Shown here piece after piece: positions 45,744 through 53,544 of a stretch of DNA of 57,984 nt. The notes beneath the pieces are model-generated. The model saw only the letters and a program-made list of their open reading frames with translations. It was not told the DNA's origin and made no database searches. The stretch comes from Clostridia bacterium. GTDB lineage: Bacteria; Bacillota; Clostridia; Christensenellales; UBA1242. Position 1 is the stretch's first letter. Every line of letters begins with the position of its first letter. A program made the translations under genes and the position numbers. The stretch spans positions 1 through 57,984 of the forward strand of contig JAFUKB010000012.1 in the NCBI GenBank assembly GCA_017467895.1, written 5' to 3'.

Positions 45744-46244
45744 ATGTTAAAAATTAGTAAATATAATCGACAAAATGCCGTAAATTACGCTCTTGAATAT
45801 GCTCTTAAGCGAAATCCAAAATACCATGACTATTCAAATGAGGGCGGAAATTGCGCCAATTATATATCGCAATGCATTCTTGCTGGTGCGCCTCAAATGA
45901 ATACTTCTCAAAATGGCTGGTTTTATTTTTCGCCAGCCAACACATCAATTTCTTGGGCTAATGTTGAACCATTTTTCAATTTTGCAACCACAAATTTGGG
46001 CGAGGGCTTTTTTGCCAGCAAAAGCACACTTGAAGCATGCGAGATTGGCGATATTATTCAACTAAAGTTTAAAAATAAGCCCAATTTTTCACATTCGTTA
46101 ATTATAACAAAAATAAACACTCGAACGCCTAACGGAATTATTGTTTGTGCCAACACCAACGACACGCTAAACAAACCCCTTTCACATTATCTATACGCAC
46201 AAATGCGGGTTTTACACATTTTGGGTTATCGAACACAAATTTAA
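45744..46244 (+). CDS. putative amidase-domain protein (Amidase_6-like)
   Basis: YNRQNAVNYALEYALKRNPKYHDYSNEGGNCANYISQCILAGAPQMN...GWFY matches the family signature with its catalytic Cys. Confidence 0.7.
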   Translation: MLKISKYNRQNAVNYALEYALKRNPKYHDYSNEGGNCANYISQCILAGAPQMNTSQNGWFYFSPANTSISWANVEPFFNFATTNLGEGFFASKSTLEACEIGDIIQLKFKNKPNFSHSLIITKINTRTPNGIIVCANTNDTLNKPLSHYLYAQMRVLHILGYRTQI

Positions 46245-46294
46245 CTTGTAAACAATCTTGCTTTTTGTTATAATAACAAAAAAGCGAGGTGCTT

Positions 46295-46618
46295 ATGACA
46301 AAAGTTTCACAATTTGGCAAACCAGACTCCCTTGCCTTGGGCGAAGTTTTAATTCCTCTTGTTGTTTTAAAACAAAATCAAAATGTAGAATCTTATGCAG
46401 GGTTTATTCCAGGCTTTGTTATGAAAAACATTGTTGAAGAGTCCGCCCCATCTTGTTTAGAAAAACTAAAAAAATACCTTATGCAAAAACTAGACATTAT
46501 GACCAAACAAAATCAAGAGTTTCCGTTTTTTCCTACCCGCGCCGAAATTATGGCTGATTTTCAAAATGTTTATAGCATTGACTTTGTTAAAGTTAAGTCA
46601 GCAAAACGCTCAAATTAA
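46295..46618 (+). CDS. hypothetical small protein (107 aa)
   Basis: ATG follows GAGG. The segment ESYAGFIPGFVMKNIVEESAPSCLEKLKKYL is faintly HicB/UPF0150-like, which is too weak to name. Confidence 0.5.
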   Translation: MTKVSQFGKPDSLALGEVLIPLVVLKQNQNVESYAGFIPGFVMKNIVEESAPSCLEKLKKYLMQKLDIMTKQNQEFPFFPTRAEIMADFQNVYSIDFVKVKSAKRSN

Positions 46619-46684
46619 AACTTGCATAGGCTGTGCTATTATAAAAATAGTTGCAAAAATAATTTATTAACCAAAATTCATAAA

Positions 46685-46724
46685 GAAAACACTCATTGCA
46701 TTCGTGTTATTCTTGCATACTTAA
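46685..46724 (+). repeat. 40-nt dispersed intergenic repeat, copy C
   Basis: GAAAACACTCATTGCATTCGTGTTATTCTTGCATACTTAA, followed by A-run and terminator. Confidence 0.85.
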
Positions 46725-46726
46725 AA

Positions 46727-46757
46727 AAACGCACAAAACTGTGCGTTTTATTTTTTT
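46727..46757 (+). terminator. bidirectional terminator overlapping the ATP-grasp gene stop
   Basis: aaacgcac (46727-46734) / gtgcgttt (46741-46748) followed by a T-run. Confidence 0.7.
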
Positions 46758-47626
46758 AAGCAAAGTTTAATAAGCATTTCATAAATATCTACACCTGCAA
46801 CATTATAAAAATTGCTAATGTTTGCAGTTGTGTTAACCTCGCACACAAGCGAACCGGTTACACTTCTTAACATGTCTACCACGGCATAATCGCACCCCAT
46901 GACTTTTGTAGCCTCGGTTGCAAGTTTTGTTTCTACCACGGTTGGAATATATGGGGTCAACTTTCCGCCCAAGGTTGCGTTTGACCTAAAGTTGCCGTTT
47001 GCACTTTCACGCCTTAATGCACAAACAACTTTGCCACGAATAACAAACAAACGAACATCTGTGCCGGCAGATTCACCAATGTATTCTTGAAGTAAAATGT
47101 TCTCGCCTTTAAATTTGTCTATTACAGCAAAAACATCGTCTTTGCGCTTAACCAAAAATACGCCCTCGCCCGACACGCCGTACCAAGTTTTTATTACAAG
47201 TGGCAAACTCAACTCGTTAATTGCCTCGTTAACAAATTGCTCAATCCCCTCGCGCTTATATTGGTTTTGAGCAGGCAAAATAAATGTTTTAGGAATGCTA
47301 ATTGAGTTAGCAATTAATTCTTGATACATATTTGCCTTGTTTTCGCAAAGCAAAAACGAACGCGCACAATTTATAACCCTCATGCCAAGCATTTCAAGAT
47401 TTTTTGCAAGGTATGCGTCGTGGTCAAAAAACAAGCAACAATCGTAATTATATTTTCCACTAAAACTTCTAACCAAGTTGGTGTCTAAAAAAGTGTAAAT
47501 TTCGGAATTGCTTTTAAAAGTTACTGCAACATTATTCTTTTTTGCAACCTCAATTAAATGGGCATTTTTTTCTTTAAACACTTCATCTGGGATGGATTCA
47601 TTAAATACAACAAGTAAATTTTTCAT
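46748..47626 (-). CDS. ATP-grasp ligase, RimK/LysX family
   Basis: 292 aa. Typical RimK-like C-terminal half: LVIKTWYGVSGEGVFLV, LLQEYIGESAGTDVRLFVI, RSNATLGG, AVVDML. Confidence 0.75.
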   Translation of the reverse strand: MKNLLVVFNESIPDEVFKEKNAHLIEVAKKNNVAVTFKSNSEIYTFLDTNLVRSFSGKYNYDCCLFFDHDAYLAKNLEMLGMRVINCARSFLLCENKANMYQELIANSISIPKTFILPAQNQYKREGIEQFVNEAINELSLPLVIKTWYGVSGEGVFLVKRKDDVFAVIDKFKGENILLQEYIGESAGTDVRLFVIRGKVVCALRRESANGNFRSNATLGGKLTPYIPTVVETKLATEATKVMGCDYAVVDMLRSVTGSLVCEVNTTANISNFYNVAGVDIYEMLIKLCLKK

Positions 47627-47648
47627 GACAATATTTTATCATAAAGCA

Positions 47649-48884
47649 TTAATTTTGTAAATATTTGTTTATTACATTTAACACCTTATTATAATTCTCT
47701 TCTTTTGCCAAAATAACAAAATTATTTTCTTTTGCCAAAAATTCAGCCAAAACTACGCACTTTTTTAATTTTTTTGCAATAATATTTAATTTTTTTGCGT
47801 TTTTTCTTTCAATTTTGATATTGCTAAAAAACATAAATTTAACACAATCAAAACTTGCACAGTAATTTGGCTTCTGTTGCAACACTTTTTCGTCTATGTA
47901 AAGTTGCTCAAATATGACATAAAAAATGTCGGCGTGTTTAATAACTTGCTTTAATTCCCCGCTTGATTTTAACCATGCCAATTCCTTATCTTCTAGCCGG
48001 TAAAACAAAAATACTTTTGCAGAGTTTTTGCAAATATATAAATCATTAAATACATAGTTAGTGGGCACAACCACAGTTCCATACCCATTGCCCATTGTAT
48101 TTTTTACTACTAACATAGTTTGCGAGTTCTCAAGCATGCCAAGTGCACTTTTATGCACAACCTCATTTCCTGCGTCAGCCATTTTGTAGGCAGTTTTATA
48201 ACTTAAAATTGGCAAATTTTGTGCATGACTAAAAAGCCTAGGGTTTTTGTTATAAACCCCGTTTACATCGGTATAATTTTCATAGATTTCACAATTTAGC
48301 GCCTTTGCAATTACAGCACCAGTAATGTCTGAACCTCCTCGCGAAAATGTTTTTATTTCTCCTTTTAATGTAGCACCATAAAACCCACCAATGACATATA
48401 CTTTATTTTTGTTTAATGTTTTTAATCTGCGCGACGAGAGCAACAAATTAACATTGCCATTTTTGGAGTTAAAAATAATATAATCCTTAGCATCTAAAAA
48501 CTCGGCATTCAAAAACTTTGCAAAAAGTTTTGCCGACAAAAACTCCCCGCGTGAAACAATATATTCTTTTGTTGCCTGACATTTTCGGATTTTTTGCAAA
48601 ATTTGCGCGTATTCAAAATTAAAATCCAATTTAATATTTAATTCTTTTGCCAAATTATCATACCGCTCAATTACACTTTTTAACAGCGGAACATAATCTT
48701 CTCCGTCAGTCATTAAATAATAAATTTTAAATAAAATGTCGGTAATTTTTATTGTATGTGCCAAACTTTTGCCTATTGCCGAAACAACAACAAATGTGGG
48801 CCTTTTTGCTTTAACAATCTTTTTTATTTGCTGGGCACTGTCTAAAGTGGCAACACTTGTGCCTCCAAACTTAGCAACAATCAT
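47649..48884 (-). CDS. lysC: aspartate kinase
   Basis: MIVAKFGGTSVA at the N-terminus and SRGGSDITGA. Overlaps the dapA stop by 14 nt. Confidence 0.85.
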   Translation of the reverse strand: MIVAKFGGTSVATLDSAQQIKKIVKAKRPTFVVVSAIGKSLAHTIKITDILFKIYYLMTDGEDYVPLLKSVIERYDNLAKELNIKLDFNFEYAQILQKIRKCQATKEYIVSRGEFLSAKLFAKFLNAEFLDAKDYIIFNSKNGNVNLLLSSRRLKTLNKNKVYVIGGFYGATLKGEIKTFSRGGSDITGAVIAKALNCEIYENYTDVNGVYNKNPRLFSHAQNLPILSYKTAYKMADAGNEVVHKSALGMLENSQTMLVVKNTMGNGYGTVVVPTNYVFNDLYICKNSAKVFLFYRLEDKELAWLKSSGELKQVIKHADIFYVIFEQLYIDEKVLQQKPNYCASFDCVKFMFFSNIKIERKNAKKLNIIAKKLKKCVVLAEFLAKENNFVILAKEENYNKVLNVINKYLQN

Positions 48885-49767
48885 TTTCGAGTTCCATCAA
48901 TTTGTCTATTTCTGCTTTTAAGGTGTCAAAATTCTTATCAGTCATGTTTGTTAATGGAAGCCTAAGTTCATTTTTGCACATTCCCAAATACGCAAGTCCC
49001 GCTTTTGCTGGAATTGGATTAACTTCCAAAAACAACGCCCTTATTAAGGGTTGCATGTTCATTTGCAACTTATTCATTTCTTCCACACTTTTTTTGCTTA
49101 AATCACACACTTTTTTTACCAATGCTGGCACAATGTTTGATGCAACCGAAATTACTCCCGCCCCACCAAGCAACATAAAAATGCCATTAAGAGCGTCTTC
49201 ACCACAATAAATTGCAATTTTGTCACCCACTAACCTAAAATATTCCAGAATCTGACCTATGTTCCCACTAGCCTCTTTAACTCCACAAACATTTTTAATT
49301 TCGCAAAGTTTTTGCATTGTTTCGGGCAAAATGTTAACCCCTGTGCGCGCAGACACATTATAAACAATAATTGGCAAATCGCCAACCGCCGAAATTGCAG
49401 AATAATGCTCAATCAAACCTTCTTGAGTGCATTTGTTATAATATGGAGTTACAATCAGCGCACCATCAGCGCCTAACTTTTGAGCCATAACATAATGCTT
49501 TTGAGCAAGAGCAGTGTTGTTAGCCCCACAACCAACAATTACCTTGGCTTTTCCATTAACTTTTTTTATGGCATATGTAATTATTTGTTCGCGTTCAAAC
49601 TCACTCACTGTGCACGGCTCGCCTGTTGTTCCAAGCACAATAATGGCATCTGCCCCTGCCCTTATTTGTCGCTCAATTAATATCCCAAACGCAACATAAT
49701 CAACACACCCGCAATCAAAAGGCGTAATAATGGCAGTTCCAACCCCTTTAAAAACACAATTTTTCAT
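48871..49767 (-). CDS. dapA: 4-hydroxy-tetrahydrodipicolinate synthase
   Basis: GTAIITPF, LGTTGEP, and GVKEASGN with the Schiff-base Lys. The start is uncertain: ATG at 49767 is preferred over the track's GTG at 49818. Confidence 0.85.
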   Translation of the reverse strand: MKNCVFKGVGTAIITPFDCGCVDYVAFGILIERQIRAGADAIIVLGTTGEPCTVSEFEREQIITYAIKKVNGKAKVIVGCGANNTALAQKHYVMAQKLGADGALIVTPYYNKCTQEGLIEHYSAISAVGDLPIIVYNVSARTGVNILPETMQKLCEIKNVCGVKEASGNIGQILEYFRLVGDKIAIYCGEDALNGIFMLLGGAGVISVASNIVPALVKKVCDLSKKSVEEMNKLQMNMQPLIRALFLEVNPIPAKAGLAYLGMCKNELRLPLTNMTDKNFDTLKAEIDKLMELENDCC

Positions 49768-49873
49768 ATTGTTTTTTATGAAATAAATGTGTTTTTTGTG
49801 ATAAAAACCATAACACACCTTTAATGATTTTTATAAAAACATAAAAACACAATAATTTCCTTCTCTTGTTGCA

Positions 49874-49913
49874 AAGAACACTCATTACATTCGTGTTATT
49901 CTTGCATTATTAA
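49874..49913 (+). repeat. 40-nt dispersed intergenic repeat, copy D
   Basis: AAGAACACTCATTACATTCGTGTTATTCTTGCATTATTAA, followed by A-run and terminator. Confidence 0.8.
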
Positions 49914-49941
49914 AAAAACCAGCAAGGTTCTCACCTTGCTG
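49911..49941 (-). terminator. rubrerythrin gene terminator
   Basis: cagcaaggt (49920-49928) / accttgctg (49933-49941) followed by T7 on the minus strand. Confidence 0.75.
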
Positions 49942-49957
49942 AATTTACAAAAGTTAA

Positions 49958-50572
49958 TTATTCCTCCTCAGTTGGAATCATATAGTAGCCTTGTTCGTAA
50001 CCACACATTGGACAGATTTTTGGAGCATGTTTGTTAATGAGTTCAGTGCCACAGTTTGAGCATTTCCATTTAATTTCTTCAGGTGTTTTATACAGCGTGT
50101 TGTTGGTCATTTTGTCATAAATTTGCTTAAGTTGCAAATAGTGACAATGTTCAATTTGTACCGCATAATGGAATGCATCAGCAACCTCCTTAAAGCCTTC
50201 TTCAATGGCTATTTCGCGGAAAGTTTTATAAATATCATCACATTCATGAAGTTCAATCTGCCCCGTTATGTTAAGAGACTCGGGCAAAACATAATTAGTG
50301 TATGGCAAACCAGCACAAACATCAATATTCTCATAACCACAATCTTCACAGTCGGTTGCCCTGCCCGGTTTGCCTTTGTTTAAAATAAAATCATAAAAAA
50401 CTCTAGCATGTGCCATTTCGTTTTTTGCAATCATTTTTAACAAGTTTGAAATATATCCATAACCTTTTGCTTTGGCATCTTTTGCCATGAATTGATATCT
50501 TGCACCATCGGTACATTCAGCAACAAACGCCTTTGCCAAGTTTTCTTTTGTTTTGCTTTTATCAAAATTCAT
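49958..50572 (-). CDS. rbr: rubrerythrin
   Basis: Two ExxH di-iron motifs (NEMAH, QIEHCH) and a C-terminal rubredoxin-like CSNCG...CPMCG. AGGAG RBS. Confidence 0.85.
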   Translation of the reverse strand: MNFDKSKTKENLAKAFVAECTDGARYQFMAKDAKAKGYGYISNLLKMIAKNEMAHARVFYDFILNKGKPGRATDCEDCGYENIDVCAGLPYTNYVLPESLNITGQIELHECDDIYKTFREIAIEEGFKEVADAFHYAVQIEHCHYLQLKQIYDKMTNNTLYKTPEEIKWKCSNCGTELINKHAPKICPMCGYEQGYYMIPTEEE

Positions 50573-50645
50573 AAAAAACTCCTTTTAACAATTACATTTT
50601 GCCCAAAAAGCAAAAAATAATTCACAAAAGGAGGTTGTTTGCCAA

Positions 50646-51257
50646 CTATTTAATTAATTCTTCTAACTTTTTTTTTGTTCTTGAAATTGCATTGTCAACC
50701 GCCTTGGTTGTTTCTCCAAGTGCCGTGGCAATTTGCATATAAGACAAACCCTGCAAATAAAGCACCAAAACTTTTTTTTCTTTATTTGAAAGATTTTCGT
50801 TTATAACCTCATTAATTTCCCTTTTTCGCTCTTGTGCCAAAAGTGCGTCCTCTGGGTCAAGAGTTGAAGACGGCACATAAAGGCAAATATCTTCATTTTG
50901 ATCATCTTTGCCATCGGTTATAACCGTGCCTTGACTTGTAAGCGACAAACTCTCATTAAGCACCTTGTTTTTTAACCTGTTGGCTTTTTTTACCGCGGTT
51001 TGCACTGCACGAGTAATACAAAGTGAGGCAAACGGCTTAAATGTGCTTGTTTCCCCAAAGTCAAAAGTGCGACAAGCGCTATAAAGCCCAAGCATTGCCT
51101 CTTGCAACAAATCCTCACTTTCTGCACCAATCAAAAAGTAACTGCGAGCCTTTTTGCTGGCAAGAAGTTTATACTTATCCAGCAAAAAATCTAGCGCCCT
51201 CTCGTCGCCGTCTTTATACAACTTTAAAATTTGCTCGTCCGAAAGTTTTTTATACAA
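50646..51257 (-). CDS. sigH: RNA polymerase sigma-H factor
   Basis: KARSYFLIGAESEDLLQEAMLGLY...FKPFASLCITR...VLVLYLQGLSYMQIA...DNAISRTKKKL is collinear with Bacillus SigH. TTG start after AGAGGA. Confidence 0.85.
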   Translation of the reverse strand: MYKKLSDEQILKLYKDGDERALDFLLDKYKLLASKKARSYFLIGAESEDLLQEAMLGLYSACRTFDFGETSTFKPFASLCITRAVQTAVKKANRLKNKVLNESLSLTSQGTVITDGKDDQNEDICLYVPSSTLDPEDALLAQERKREINEVINENLSNKEKKVLVLYLQGLSYMQIATALGETTKAVDNAISRTKKKLEELIK

Positions 51258-51261
51258 TAAC

Positions 51262-51981
51262 TTATCCTCTTTGCCTTACAATTTCATATACAACAACAGC
51301 GGTTGCCACGCTGGCATTAAGGCTGTTAACCTTGCCTTTAAGTTTAATGGTAACAGTATCATCACAAAGTTCTTTTGTTAACCTGCTTACGCCTTTGCCC
51401 TCACTGCCCACCACAACAGCAATCGAGCCTTTTAGGTTTGCCGAGGTCATTTCTTTGCCTCCTGTTTCAAGGCAATAAACCCAAACCCCTTGCTTTTTTA
51501 AAATTTCGATTGTTGAATTAATGTTTCCAACTCTGGCAATTAACATATTTGCTGTTGCGCCCGCACTGGTTTTAACAACCGTGTCATTAACCGCGCATGC
51601 CCTATGCTCAGGAATAATTATTCCATGCACGCCCGCACATTCACAAGTTCTAATAATTGCACCAAAGTTGTGTGGGTCTTCAATGCCGTCTAAAATAACA
51701 ATAAAAGCGTCTTCGCCTTTGCTTGACGCAAGTGCCAAAATGTCTTCCACTTCACAATAAGAATAATCTGTTGTGTCACAAACAAAACCTTGATGTTTGT
51801 TTTTTGTTTTTTTATCTAAAACGCTTTTTGCAACAAAGTCAATTCTAATTCCCTTATCTTTTGCCATTTTAATAATTTGGTTACTCATGTTGTCACTTAA
51901 ATTATTTTGTACACTCAACTTATTAATTGTTACATTGTTTTTTAATGCCTCTAAAACGGCATTTTTACCTTCAATAATCAT
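51262..51981 (-). CDS. rlmB: TrmH/SpoU-family 23S rRNA 2'-O-methyltransferase (RlmB/YacO-like)
   Basis: DGIEDPHNFGAIIRT, VVGSEGKGVSRL and SLNASVATAVVVYE motifs. Conserved position between mrnC and sigH. Confidence 0.85.
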   Translation of the reverse strand: MIIEGKNAVLEALKNNVTINKLSVQNNLSDNMSNQIIKMAKDKGIRIDFVAKSVLDKKTKNKHQGFVCDTTDYSYCEVEDILALASSKGEDAFIVILDGIEDPHNFGAIIRTCECAGVHGIIIPEHRACAVNDTVVKTSAGATANMLIARVGNINSTIEILKKQGVWVYCLETGGKEMTSANLKGSIAVVVGSEGKGVSRLTKELCDDTVTIKLKGKVNSLNASVATAVVVYEIVRQRG

Positions 51982-51996
51982 ATATATTCTTTTCCT

Positions 51997-52389
51997 TTAA
52001 TATTTTAAAATTTCATTAAGCCTGTCGTAATCGCCCTTTAAATATAAATAGCCAACAAGCGCTTCAAATGAAGTTGCTTTTTTATATGTTTCAATATCTG
52101 AATTTTTTGCAATATTATGAGTTTTTGCATTACGCGCCCGCCTAACAATATCTTGCTCACAAGGCTTAAGGCTAGAAATCAACCTGTCAAGTTTTTGTGC
52201 TTGAGCCTTGGCGTTACATTGTCCAGCGCTTTTTTTGTGAAAGCCAACCACGCCCCCATTTTTAATAACGCTGTCGCGCACATGCATTGTGTGAACTCCG
52301 TCGCCAATAAATGCAAGTGCTAATGGACTCATCTCAATAATTTCTTGCTCAGAGCATGGGCTTGCAAATATGTTTTGTAGGTTTGTCAT
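51997..52389 (-). CDS. mrnC: mini-ribonuclease III
   Basis: LALAFIGDGVHTMHVRD signature. Start moved to the ATG at 52389, preceded by AAGGA. Confidence 0.8.
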   Translation of the reverse strand: MTNLQNIFASPCSEQEIIEMSPLALAFIGDGVHTMHVRDSVIKNGGVVGFHKKSAGQCNAKAQAQKLDRLISSLKPCEQDIVRRARNAKTHNIAKNSDIETYKKATSFEALVGYLYLKGDYDRLNEILKY

Positions 52390-52446
52390 ATTAATCCTTA
52401 TTCGGCAAAACAAGACATACATAAGTGGCTGTTTTGCATTTATGAT

Positions 52447-52475
52447 AGTATAGTGATTTTTTAAAAATTTTACAA
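52447..52475 (-). promoter_or_regulatory. candidate promoter of the mrnC-rlmB-sigH operon
   Basis: The minus strand reads TTGTAA, a 17-nt spacer, then TATACT. Confidence 0.5.
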
Positions 52476-52508
52476 TACATTTTTTACAAATTGCATAAAC
52501 AAAAACAT

Positions 52509-52540
52509 TTATGCATAAACACTAAATTGCTTATGCATAA
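52509..52540. promoter_or_regulatory. two perfect TTATGCATAA palindromes 22 bp apart (unknown regulator site)
   Basis: Perfect copies at 52509-52518 and 52531-52540. An imperfect copy attgcataaa lies at 52489-52498. Confidence 0.5.
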
Positions 52541-52637
52541 ACACTATCAAGCCAATTAAAGGTTGGTTTCACAAAAAAGTTCCCCTGCCCGCCCTAAAAC
52601 CAACCAAAATAAAGGAAATGCGGATAAGTTTCACAAG

Positions 52638-52646
52638 TTATCCACA
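52638..52646 (+). promoter_or_regulatory. perfect DnaA box TTATCCACA (cluster 1)
   Basis: Flanked by tgcggataa (52619-52627, 8/9, inverted) and atttccaca (52646-52654, 7/9). Confidence 0.65.
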
Positions 52647-52694
52647 TTTCCACACATAAATGTTTATTCATTTTAATTTATATTTATTCAAATT

Positions 52695-52704
52695 TTATGC
52701 ATAA
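52695..52704. promoter_or_regulatory. third perfect TTATGCATAA palindrome
   Basis: Lies between the two DnaA-box clusters in an AT-rich stretch. Confidence 0.5.
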
Positions 52705-52732
52705 AGGCATTTTGGGGGTAAAAGTGGAAAAG

Positions 52733-52741
52733 TTATCCACA
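52733..52741 (+). promoter_or_regulatory. perfect DnaA box TTATCCACA (cluster 2)
   Basis: Part of the 22-nt direct repeat AAGTTATCCACATTTCCACACA (52635-52656 and 52730-52751). Flanked by agtggaaaa (7/9, inverted). Confidence 0.65.
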
Positions 52742-52833
52742 TTTCCACACAAATATTTTTGAAAACTTTAAAATAGTAGTGTATTTTAGTTGACAACGCA
52801 ATATATTGTGGTTATTGTCACATTTTGCCCAAT

Positions 52834-53535
52834 TTAAGCAAGCGGTTTAAGCCTTGGCAGGTTTTTGCCTCGTGGATATTTGCTTGGGGTTTGTTTGACC
52901 TTTTTTATAACCAAGTTAGCGCGGATAGAATCGATTTCATCAACCTTTAGTTGCTGAACATTTTCCAAACTACCACCAAGTGTTGCAATGGCGTTTTTTG
53001 CCTCGGCAAGTTCTTGCTCATAGTTTGAACCCTTAAGGGCAACAAATAACCCGCCCATTTTTACAAAAGGCAAACAATATTCCGCCAAGGTGTTTAGGCT
53101 GGCAACAGCCCTAGCAACAGCAACATCAAAACCCTCCCTATGCAAAAGCGCATAATCCTCCGCCCTTGCATGAACAGCCATAATGTCAGAAAGTTTCAAC
53201 TCATTAACAGTATTGTTTAAAAAGTTAACCCTTTTATTTAAACTATCTAGCATTGTAACACTTAAGTCTGGGCGCAAAATTTTTAGCACAATGCTAGGAA
53301 ATCCCGCACCCGCACCAACATCTATAACCTTTGCATTTGCAGGCAAAAGCACAGCAGGAAGAGCGCAATCAAGAATGTGTTTTATTGCAAAATCATTTTT
53401 CTCGGTTATTGCAGTTAAGTTAAACTTTTTATTTTCTTCAACTACAATTTCATAAAACTTTGCCAGCAAGGCAATTTGCTCAGCCGAACATGCAATATTG
53501 TATTTTTCAAATAACAAAACAAGAAGTTGCTCCAT
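52834..53535 (-). CDS. rsmG: 16S rRNA (guanine527-N7)-methyltransferase
   Basis: SAM motif VIDVGAGAGFPSIVLKI. Directly downstream of mnmG. AGGAGA RBS. Confidence 0.9.
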   Translation of the reverse strand: MEQLLVLLFEKYNIACSAEQIALLAKFYEIVVEENKKFNLTAITEKNDFAIKHILDCALPAVLLPANAKVIDVGAGAGFPSIVLKILRPDLSVTMLDSLNKRVNFLNNTVNELKLSDIMAVHARAEDYALLHREGFDVAVARAVASLNTLAEYCLPFVKMGGLFVALKGSNYEQELAEAKNAIATLGGSLENVQQLKVDEIDSIRANLVIKKVKQTPSKYPRGKNLPRLKPLA

Positions 53536-53544
53536 ATTTCTCCT

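Noticed and set aside
49768-49957. Lysine riboswitch (L-box) expected upstream of dapA-lysC (and upstream of asd at 32825-33065).
   Set aside because: The spacers are short, AT-rich and occupied by the 40-nt repeat and a terminator. I could not see L-box-like conserved helices, so a covariance-model search is needed to confirm the absence.
52561-52607. ggttggttt...aaaccaacc hairpin with a C/G-rich loop (cccctgcccgccc), considered as a terminator or G-quadruplex on the minus strand.
   Set aside because: No T-run follows on either strand and only three proper G-runs are present. It may be part of an unannotated sRNA, but the evidence is insufficient.
52440-52833. Chromosomal replication origin (oriC).
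   Set aside because: DnaA boxes are present, but there is no dnaA/dnaN and no switch of gene orientation across the region. It is kept as a DnaA-box cluster finding rather than called as oriC.
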